The translations under genes were made by a program, and so were the position numbers. Below the pieces are notes generated by a model. That model was not told the origin of the DNA and ran no database searches. It was given only the letters and a program-made list of their open reading frames with translations. 29,522 nucleotides of DNA from a virus (Duplodnaviria > Caudoviricetes), in the IMG/VR virus record IMGVR_UViG_3300042887_003054, positions 1 through 29,522 of that record, one strand, 5' to 3'. This document shows, piece after piece, positions 1-7,612 of the stretch; the stretch's first letter is position 1, and every line of letters starts with the position of its first letter.

Positions 1-1111
1 TTGATCCTGAAGACCCTGAGGTTCCACTACTTCCTGAAGTACCACTTGAACCCGATGTTCCTGAGGATCCACTACTTCCTGAAGTTCCGCTTGACCCTGA
101 AGAACCAGATGTTCCACTAGATCCTGACGTTCCACTGGATCCCGATGTTCCAGAAGATCCACTACTTCCTGAAGTCCCACTAGATCCTGAAGTTCCACTA
201 GATCCCGAAGAACCTGAAGTTCCACTGGATCCTGAAGAACCTGAAGTTCCCGAAGAACCTGATGTCCCACTTGACCCTGAAGTTCCCGAAGAACCTGATG
301 TCCCACTTGACCCTGAAGTTCCCGAAGAACCTGATGTTCCACTTGATCCTGAAGTTCCCGAAGAACCTGATGTTCCACTTGATCCTGAAGTTCCCGAAGA
401 ACCTGATGTCCCACTTGACCCTGAAGTTCCCGAAGAACCTGATGTTCCACTTGATCCTGACGATCCTGATGTACCACTCGATCCACTAGAACCTGATGTT
501 CCACTTGAACCCGAAGATCCTGATGTACCACTCGATCCACTACTCCCTGATGTTCCACTTGAACCTGATGAACCTGATGTGCCGCTAGATCCACTACTTC
601 CTGATGTTCCACTCGAACCTGAAGATCCACTACTTCCTGATGTTCCACTCGAACCTGAAGATCCTGATGTACCACTCGAACCTGAAGATCCTGATGTACC
701 ACTTGAACCAGATGATCCTGATGTCCCACTTGACCCGCTAGATCCCGAAGTACCACTTGATCCTGAAGAACCTGAAGTTCCACTACTTCCTGAAGTTCCA
801 CTTGACCCTGATGTCCCTGAAGAACCACTACTTCCTGACGTACCGCTAGATCCTGATGTTCCTGAAGATCCACTACTTCCTGAAGTACCACTTGACCCTG
901 AAGAACCTGAAGTACCGCTAGATCCTGAGGTTCCTGAAGAACCACTACTTCCTGAAGTACCACTTGATCCTGAAGAACCTGAAGTTCCACTAGATCCTGA
1001 TGTTCCAGAAGATCCACTACTTCCTGATGTACCGCTTGATCCTGAAGAACCTGATGTTCCGCTTGATCCTGAAGAACCTGATGTTCCAGAAGATCCACTT
1101 GACCCTGAAGA
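1..1111 (-). repeat. Coding 9-nt-period repeat encoding (G-S-S/G-T-S)n
   Basis: Plus strand is built from 9-mers such as cctgaagaa, cctgatgtt, ccacttgat and ccactactt; Gly falls at every third residue on the minus strand. Confidence 0.95.
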
Positions 1112-1384
1112 AACATCAATTGTCTTGATAACTAAATCCAAGTCAGTAATACCAGTCCAGTACCAATATTCTGTGACCCCACTTTCAACAGTCAAATATC
1201 TCGGATAATCATTTGGACCCTCCTGAGTTGTTGTTCCTGTAATTATACCAACGGTTAATCCTAAATACCTATTCGCATATAGTATACTATTGTTTGCTTC
1301 TGTAACACTTGTATACGGACCATATCGTTCATCTAACGGTTTGGGTGAAAAGGTTTCTAAATTATCGTTTAATATAATAGCCAT
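1..1384 (-). CDS. Partial tail-fibre-like protein: 91-aa N-terminal domain followed by at least 370 aa of Gly-Ser-Ser/Gly-Thr-Ser triplet repeat; runs off the left window edge
   Basis: Translated by hand. ATG at 1384, 1 nt after the TAA of the upstream gene: MAIILNDNLETFSPKPLDERYGPYTSVTEANN...RYLGLTVGI...EYWYWTGITDLDLVIKTIDV, then SSGSSGSSGTSG... No stop before base 1, which explains its absence from the ORF track. Confidence 0.88.
   Translation of the reverse strand, partial: MAIILNDNLETFSPKPLDERYGPYTSVTEANNSILYANRYLGLTVGIITGTTTQEGPNDYPRYLTVESGVTEYWYWTGITDLDLVIKTIDVSSGSSGSSGTSGSSGSSGTSGSSGSSGTSGSSGSSGTSGSSGTSGSSGSSGTSGSSGSSGTSGSSGTSGSSGSSGTSGSSGSSGTSGSSGTSGSSGSSGTSGSSGTSGSSGTSGSSGSSGTSGSSGSSGTSGSSGSSGTSGSSGSSGTSGSSGSSGTSGSSGSSGSSGTSGSSGSSGTSGSSGSSGTSGSSGSSGTSGSSGSSGTSGSSGSSGTSGSSGSSGTSGSSGTSGSSGTSGSSGTSGSSGTSGSSGTSGSSGTSGSSGTSGSSGTSGSSGTSGSSGTSGSSGTSGSSGSSGTSGSSGSSGTSGSSGTSGSSGSSGTSGSSGTSGSSGTSGSSGSSGTSGSSGSSGTSGSSGTSGSSGTSGSSGS
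240..455. repeat. Six near-perfect 36-bp tandem copies within the GSS repeat
   Basis: Unit cctgaagttcccgaagaacctgatgt(c/t)ccacttga(c/t) starts at 240, 276, 312, 348, 384 and 420. Confidence 0.92.
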
Positions 1385-1385
1385 T

Positions 1386-3062
1386 TTACGAGTTTCTTAA
1401 TTGCATAGGATCTGCGAAAGTTGATGTTTGATAGTTACCTATATATATTTTGTAATTGATTGTATTCCAATATCCGTCGGAACTATCCACACTTACTATT
1501 TGCGGTGTGTTGAAAAGATTACTTCCACCACCTATAGCACCCTGATTTAATTCAGTAACAAACCACTTTGTTTTGGTTGTATAATTTTCAAAATGAGCGA
1601 ACCATAAGTACTCTGAACTAGCACTAAAATTAATAGTTATTGTTCCACTAGCGGAACTCAAAACTTTATTTGCAGTTCCTCCCGAAATTTCATCAGCAAT
1701 TGTTGATGTAGTTGGAAGTGTGACAGAAGTACCCCAATAGTATGGGTAAATTCCTGTGTATGTATATGATGTACTTTCAAAATTATTTGCCGCCGCTTGA
1801 GGAGCATTTACACTCCTTACTAATGCGGTTCTTGTATCTGCGGATCCTTTACTGTCGTTTTTTGCTAAACCCGCGTTATAATTACCATCGGATTTATACA
1901 CTGTGGCCGTTGAGGTATTTGATCCTGCGGGTGCTGGTACAGTATAGGATTCTGAATAAGGTGTAGGACTTATTGTAAAACCGGAATTAGGATTATTCGG
2001 ATCCTGAAATCCAAATTGAGCGGCAATATTTGTTGCCGAACTATTTGTTAATGTTGTATCTGTGAAAATTGAGGATCCATTCCTTAGTAATCTCAGTTGT
2101 GTAAAAATACCTGCATCATTTTTGGTTGAACTGGCACTTATATTAAGGCTCAAAGTAGATCCAACTTCAACTATTGTGTTCGCAACCCCTGATATTCCAA
2201 TAGTTGGTATTGTGTAAGTTGGATTTAAGGTTGGAAATAATAATTCATCAAATAATTGTACCAACGTTAATCCGGTGAGTTGTGACACTGTTGTTCCCGC
2301 CTCTACACCACCGACATCTTCAGGTACTTCTAAGTTCGGATCCAAAATACTGTTATAGATAGTATATAAAGTATTACTTTCGAGACCTAAACCAGTATTT
2401 GCCGAAACACTAACTGTAAATCCACTTGTTAATCCGGTGACATTGAATGTCCCACCTGTGTTGTTGGTAAATATTATTTCTGAACTTTCAGGGTAATACG
2501 TACCACCCGTAACAAATACATCTATATTTGGAAATTTTCTCCATCTAGCATTTGCTCTTGTTACACCACTGACATCCTCAATAGTAGACCCTGTCCATAA
2601 TGAAATAAAATCCCTACCTATTTGTGATAAGGAGTTGACCGTCGTTGTATAGTCTGTCTGTGTGATTGCCGAAGCCCCACTCAAAGTCAACAACTGATCC
2701 CATAACGTATCATAATCATCTATTACATACTGATATGTTGTTTGGTTTTCTTGGACATAAGCCAACATACCGAGTTTTCTTCTACCCGATGAAATATTAT
2801 CGGAATTAAGAAATAAAACATCAGGATTAAACGTGTTATTTTGTCCCTTTATGAAACGAATAGGAATTGTATTTCCTGTGTACTCGATGAGTCCTGTTTG
2901 ACCCGTTGGTATTGTATAAATCAGGTCTTGAAGTGTATAGACCTGCATAAAACCACCTATCTCATAATTACTAAAGTTTGTTCCATATGTCGCCTCCCGT
3001 GGTACGGAACTTGGTCCGTAGACTTGGATTGGATTTGATGGATTTTTAAATGAGAGTGGCAT
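1386..3062 (-). CDS. Putative virion tail fibre/adhesin-associated protein (558 aa)
   Basis: Long Thr/Ser/Gly-rich ORF in the structural cluster; contains an RRKLGMLAYV motif and a VTGGTY...FTNNTGGTFNVTG segment. Confidence 0.65.
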   Translation of the reverse strand: MPLSFKNPSNPIQVYGPSSVPREATYGTNFSNYEIGGFMQVYTLQDLIYTIPTGQTGLIEYTGNTIPIRFIKGQNNTFNPDVLFLNSDNISSGRRKLGMLAYVQENQTTYQYVIDDYDTLWDQLLTLSGASAITQTDYTTTVNSLSQIGRDFISLWTGSTIEDVSGVTRANARWRKFPNIDVFVTGGTYYPESSEIIFTNNTGGTFNVTGLTSGFTVSVSANTGLGLESNTLYTIYNSILDPNLEVPEDVGGVEAGTTVSQLTGLTLVQLFDELLFPTLNPTYTIPTIGISGVANTIVEVGSTLSLNISASSTKNDAGIFTQLRLLRNGSSIFTDTTLTNSSATNIAAQFGFQDPNNPNSGFTISPTPYSESYTVPAPAGSNTSTATVYKSDGNYNAGLAKNDSKGSADTRTALVRSVNAPQAAANNFESTSYTYTGIYPYYWGTSVTLPTTSTIADEISGGTANKVLSSASGTITINFSASSEYLWFAHFENYTTKTKWFVTELNQGAIGGGSNLFNTPQIVSVDSSDGYWNTINYKIYIGNYQTSTFADPMQLRNS

Positions 3063-3073
3063 TTAGTTTTCTA

Positions 3074-3081
3074 TATAAATA
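3074..3081 (-). promoter_or_regulatory. TATTTATA motif, candidate phage late promoter element
   Basis: 11 nt upstream of the ATG at 3062; the motif recurs in most intergenic gaps. Confidence 0.5.
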
Positions 3082-3093
3082 TCAAATTTACAT

Positions 3094-4134
3094 TTATGGA
3101 ACGTATTCACCTGAAGAAAAATATAATCCCGTTCCGAGTGGTAATGTGTTAGGAATATGTAAGTTTGGATCTATCCAAAGTACCCTATATGTACCAGCCG
3201 GAATAGCAGCACCTGAAGTAACAGTGACATTTGTTTGTTTTATACTATCAGGTATTAAGTCCGCACCAATATTATATGAACATGGGTTTGTTCCAACATT
3301 GACAGTCATTTCAGACATCGTTCCGTTCATACCACCGAGTGGCAACCATATCGAATAGAAATACTTAACACTTGTATTGACCAAAGAACTATTTATATTA
3401 ATGGTTCCAAAACCATATTGGTTAATTGGACATCCATATGGGTCATTACCCGATGATTGGAACATTGCACTACTGAGTGAAGAAACTTGTGTAATAAAGT
3501 TTCCTGAACTTCCGTTTGTAAATCCACTGTAGTGAGCATAGTAGTCCATATTATCAGAATAATTTAAACTTCCAGGAACACCCGAGTTACCCCAACCAAA
3601 CCAAGTTTTTGCTCCGTCATACATATATTGTCCTATAGCGTTTCTCGATGTAATATCTTGTGGTTCGGGGAATAGGTAGGCTTGATAACTGAATGGTGTC
3701 GCGCTCGGTGTAGGTGTCGGAGTTGGAGTTTGTGTCGGACTTTCGGATATACTTGGAGTGATAGTAGGTGTTGGAGTTGGGCTGAGACCAGGGGTAGGTG
3801 TAACTGTAGGTGTCGGAGTAAAGGATGGGGTAATAGATGGTGTTGGTGTATTGGTTGGTGTAACAGTTGGTGTAACAGGAGAAGTTGTTGTTTCTGTAAC
3901 AAGGACAACCTGCTGTTGAAAGTTGTCGTCACATCCTTCTTCTTTATTGACCACATAAATTTGGTAAACAACTCCCGAAGGTGAACCAGGTAAATCCAAA
4001 GTCACCCCCACAATCATATCGTCGAAAGTCGCCGATGAATAAATTGGTGAAGTTATAGATGTATCACCAGTATAAACATCGAAAGGACCTTTCGCGTTTG
4101 AGTTAGAGGATATTCTAAGAATATATTCAGCCAT
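3094..4134 (-). CDS. Putative virion protein: N-terminal Ig/SprB-like domain, Pro/Thr linker, C-terminal globular domain (346 aa)
   Basis: GPFDVY...VVNKEEGC N-terminal domain; about 60 aa of (TP)n; structural gene context. Confidence 0.65.
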   Translation of the reverse strand: MAEYILRISSNSNAKGPFDVYTGDTSITSPIYSSATFDDMIVGVTLDLPGSPSGVVYQIYVVNKEEGCDDNFQQQVVLVTETTTSPVTPTVTPTNTPTPSITPSFTPTPTVTPTPGLSPTPTPTITPSISESPTQTPTPTPTPSATPFSYQAYLFPEPQDITSRNAIGQYMYDGAKTWFGWGNSGVPGSLNYSDNMDYYAHYSGFTNGSSGNFITQVSSLSSAMFQSSGNDPYGCPINQYGFGTININSSLVNTSVKYFYSIWLPLGGMNGTMSEMTVNVGTNPCSYNIGADLIPDSIKQTNVTVTSGAAIPAGTYRVLWIDPNLHIPNTLPLGTGLYFSSGEYVP

Positions 4135-4148
4135 TTAAGGAGTTTTTT

Positions 4149-4156
4149 TATAAATA
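4149..4156 (-). promoter_or_regulatory. TATTTATA motif, candidate phage late promoter element
   Basis: 14 nt upstream of the ATG at 4134. Confidence 0.5.
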
Positions 4157-4185
4157 CAATAAAAAAGGTATTTGAAATACTTTAT

Positions 4186-4458
4186 TTATGTTTGCTCCTC
4201 AATATCAATTCCAAAGTAACAAATATCTGTTTCAGTATTACAGGGAATTATATAAAATAAATTACATCCATTACTATCAATTACTGTAAGTCCAATTTGC
4301 GGTGAATTATTAAAAATTGCAGGAATATTTATTGTGACTGTTGGCGGTACACTATTTAATACGATCCCCACCAAAGATTGATTATTTCCGTTTACATCTG
4401 AAACATATACTTCGAATGGGGGAGTTCCTGTTATTGAGTTTAATCTTATATTTGCCAT
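4186..4458 (-). CDS. Small single-domain SprB/Ig-like virion protein (90 aa)
   Basis: ITGTPPFEVY...LTVIDSNGC resembles the repeats of the upstream gene; 1-nt gap to the upstream stop. Confidence 0.7.
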   Translation of the reverse strand: MANIRLNSITGTPPFEVYVSDVNGNNQSLVGIVLNSVPPTVTINIPAIFNNSPQIGLTVIDSNGCNLFYIIPCNTETDICYFGIDIEEQT

Positions 4459-4459
4459 T

Positions 4460-7400
4460 TTAACAAGCGGTGCTGATCAAATTACCCGAAGGATTTGAGA
4501 CTTGGAAAACTGTTGATGGTGATGAAACCGAAGTTGGTGAAATAAATCTCGCTATTTGGACGGGTGTCGTACAAGAACTGTTGGTATATGCATTGTATCC
4601 GGCCGTAACGTTTGTGTTGTATAGATAAACAACAGTCGTAGGTGCAGACCCATCACAAACCGCAGTTTTAGATGTACTAATATAAACCGTATGAGGTGTA
4701 CATGGTGTCACTATGGGTGATGAGGTAGGTGTTCTAGTTGGTGTAACTGAAGGAGTTGGTGACGGAGGTAAAAAACAAAGTGATCCCATGATTTGAATTG
4801 CACCTGGTCCCGCACCACTTAGTATTGTTACACTTCCAACTACCGCACAAATGGTTTCTGAGTTTCCTGCTAAAACAAATATAGTTTGAGCATTTCCTCC
4901 GCAATCAGTATATCCCCACAGAGTCCCTGAACTTATTGCACCAGATACATCATACACTTTACAAGTGTAACTAACTACTGATGGTGTCTTGGTAGGTGTT
5001 GGAGTTGGTGTCTTAGTTTGTGTCGGAGTAACCGTCGGTGATGCAGGAATTGGAGTCGTGCAGTTGTAAGAGACCGCAATACCCAATGTTCCAACAATCT
5101 GTAAGACATCTTGGTTAATCGGACTTGTTACAGGTCTAATAAATACTCCATCTCCAATTGGAGAGGTACAATTGGATCCTGAATAAACATATGAACCAGG
5201 TCCCAATACCGCACTCGGTGAATAGACTGTAGTTGCCGTTCCCGCCGCATAACATGCGTCTCTCGGATCCGTTGTTAAGTAAACAAGATGACTGAAACAG
5301 GTTTGAGTTACTGTAGGTGTCACGGTTGGTGTTGGAGTTAATGTAGGTGTTAATGTTGGTGTTTGTGTAATGGTTGGGGTATTAGTTGGACTAACCGCAG
5401 GTGTCGATGTAATCGTTGGTGTAACTGTGGTGGTTGGTGTTACTGATGGTGTTGGTGGAATTGCACTTTGAACACAACTAATATCATAATCTATGGATAC
5501 TGAAAAACAAATTGTTTCATTTTCTAAAATATTTCCATTATCACAGTCAGAAAAAACTGTTACTTTATTATTTAGTAGATCAAAGGTATATGAACTGATT
5601 CCCTCAATCGAATCCAATAGACCTGAAATTGATGCAGTATAATCATTGTCACCAGGTACATCATTTAGGGTTGTGGCCGTATAGAATTGATCCGTGTAAC
5701 TGACACCGCTTACTGTAATATCTGTTTGGAAAATTGCACTATTTAAAGTACAATCAATACCCGTCCCATTTGTTAAGTCATAAAATCCCTCATTCAACAT
5801 GTTGAATAATGATCTTTTTCTGTTATATGTTATTTGAAATTCAGATTCACATACAGAGTAAGTTTCATAACATACAATTTGTGTTGCCGAAATAATATTT
5901 ACCGACTTTGTTTGAGAACATCCGTGTATATCGGTAATGGTTACTGAATATGTACCCGCACTTAGGTTAGAAATACTCTGTGTTGTTTCACCATTTGACC
6001 AAAGAAATGTGAATGGACCATTACCCTCCGTTATATAAGCAATCGCCGATCCTGTATTTCCCACCGTCCCATTGGTTCCTTGAATAAAGAAATCAAGATA
6101 TCCCAAGTTAGGTAGTACCGCATCTTTTGTTATTTCACACCCACTCGTATCTGTCACCACAACCTGATATAATCCATTGTCTAAGTTATAAAAGGTATAT
6201 GAATCTTGTGAACTTTGATTACTTTGGTCTACAATATTATTTTCAAAATACAATTGATATTGTACGGGATATTGAATGTCACCTGAAATGTCGACTTGTA
6301 TACTTCCATTAACATTTTGACAAATTTCCGCATCGGGTAAAACAACAACTGAAAATTTATCTTGTGTTATAATTGTAAATTCTTCGCTGTATGTACAAAT
6401 AGGATTTGAGATTACTATAGTGTAATCTCCGCTGTCAAGTGAAGAAAAAGTTGCTGTTGTAAAATTTGTACTTTGTACTTCTGTATCACCACCAGGTTTG
6501 ACTAAGGTATAAGTATAAGGACCGGCTCCACCAGCAATCACCGTGGTGACTGACCCTCCTAACGTTGAACACGTTGAATTTGTTGTGGTTAGAGATATTA
6601 AATTAAATCCGTTGGTTGTATTTAAACTTGTTTGATATAGAAAACTACATAGTCCAACGTCTTGTACCTGTATACCCAGCTCTCCTGCCGACAATCCTGT
6701 AAGAGTAAGAGTCCTCGAATATGATATTTCACTATATCCATTCGATCCTGAATAATAGAATGGTAATTCACCACCCGTGAAAACCAACTGAATTTGACCA
6801 TCATTAGTAAAACAGGTGGGTGAGGTTGCAATAGCACTTTCCAACCCTAACGGATCGGATGTTACAATAGTTTGAGATTTAGCCAAAGAACAACCTGTAG
6901 AATCTGTAACTATTACTGAATATGTACTTGCAGTTAAGCCCGTGACAGTTTGTGTTGTCCTTGCAGGAGTAAAACTAGTCCACTCATACGTATATGGTGC
7001 AGTTCCTGTCAACCCTGTTATTGTCAACTTACCATTGTGAACCCCACAATTGGAATCATTTACCACCCAAAAACCGTAATCTAAAGTTGTTGAGGATTGA
7101 ATAATTACACTTGGTGTTGTTGCGGTACAACCATTACCACTTGTACCTGAGATATAATACGTTCCCGCCGACAGATTGAAATATGAATATGATATTGAAT
7201 TCGTGGTTACTTGAGAAAATAAAGATCCGTCTTTGTATAAATCTAAACTAAATGGTGCGGTTCCAGCCGATAAACTTATAGTTAAAAGTCCATCTGCAGA
7301 TCCACAAGTTGTGTTTACAATTCTTGAAAAAACAGGAATGAAATATGATTGAACAACTATTTCAAGTACATCCGGTGTTGATTGATTATTTACATCATTT

Positions 7401-7612
7401 ACTTCTACGTAATATGTCCCCGCCGACAAATTTAGTCTCGAACTTAAAAGACTATCACCCGAACTTACAGTATCTGAACCCAAATTTGGTGAAACCCAAT
7501 TAACGGTCATAGGTGGCGCACTCGAATTCAGGAGCACTTGTATATTACCATCGTGGGTGTTGTAACAATCCGCACCTGTCGTATAACTGTATGATAATGT
7601 TGATAATGCCAT
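4460..7612 (-). CDS. SprB-repeat-like tail/adhesin protein with Pro/Thr linkers and Cys-containing C-terminal modules (1050 aa)
   Basis: About 7 repeats of C..(D/N)G.I....GTAPYTY.W....(N/G)LSAGTY.V.VTD..GC, three (TP)n tracts and a duplicated 80-aa module; TAATG coupling to the upstream gene. Confidence 0.8.
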   Translation of the reverse strand: MALSTLSYSYTTGADCYNTHDGNIQVLLNSSAPPMTVNWVSPNLGSDTVSSGDSLLSSRLNLSAGTYYVEVNDVNNQSTPDVLEIVVQSYFIPVFSRIVNTTCGSADGLLTISLSAGTAPFSLDLYKDGSLFSQVTTNSISYSYFNLSAGTYYISGTSGNGCTATTPSVIIQSSTTLDYGFWVVNDSNCGVHNGKLTITGLTGTAPYTYEWTSFTPARTTQTVTGLTASTYSVIVTDSTGCSLAKSQTIVTSDPLGLESAIATSPTCFTNDGQIQLVFTGGELPFYYSGSNGYSEISYSRTLTLTGLSAGELGIQVQDVGLCSFLYQTSLNTTNGFNLISLTTTNSTCSTLGGSVTTVIAGGAGPYTYTLVKPGGDTEVQSTNFTTATFSSLDSGDYTIVISNPICTYSEEFTIITQDKFSVVVLPDAEICQNVNGSIQVDISGDIQYPVQYQLYFENNIVDQSNQSSQDSYTFYNLDNGLYQVVVTDTSGCEITKDAVLPNLGYLDFFIQGTNGTVGNTGSAIAYITEGNGPFTFLWSNGETTQSISNLSAGTYSVTITDIHGCSQTKSVNIISATQIVCYETYSVCESEFQITYNRKRSLFNMLNEGFYDLTNGTGIDCTLNSAIFQTDITVSGVSYTDQFYTATTLNDVPGDNDYTASISGLLDSIEGISSYTFDLLNNKVTVFSDCDNGNILENETICFSVSIDYDISCVQSAIPPTPSVTPTTTVTPTITSTPAVSPTNTPTITQTPTLTPTLTPTPTVTPTVTQTCFSHLVYLTTDPRDACYAAGTATTVYSPSAVLGPGSYVYSGSNCTSPIGDGVFIRPVTSPINQDVLQIVGTLGIAVSYNCTTPIPASPTVTPTQTKTPTPTPTKTPSVVSYTCKVYDVSGAISSGTLWGYTDCGGNAQTIFVLAGNSETICAVVGSVTILSGAGPGAIQIMGSLCFLPPSPTPSVTPTRTPTSSPIVTPCTPHTVYISTSKTAVCDGSAPTTVVYLYNTNVTAGYNAYTNSSCTTPVQIARFISPTSVSSPSTVFQVSNPSGNLISTAC

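Noticed and set aside
240-455. 36-bp repeats as a CRISPR array
   Set aside because: The copies are contiguous with no spacers and lie in a coding frame.
262-489. Plus-strand 75-aa ORF (MSHLTLKFPKNL)n
   Set aside because: Antisense shadow of the 36-bp repeat in the minus-strand GSS gene.
579-1208. Plus-strand 209-aa Pro/Asp/Glu-rich ORF
   Set aside because: Antisense mirror of the Gly/Ser/Thr codons. The minus frame has a proper start coupled to the upstream gene and matches the strand of all other genes.
4163-4185. Weak inverted repeat GTATT-tga-AATAC as a terminator
   Set aside because: Short AT-rich stem with a mismatch; too weak to call.
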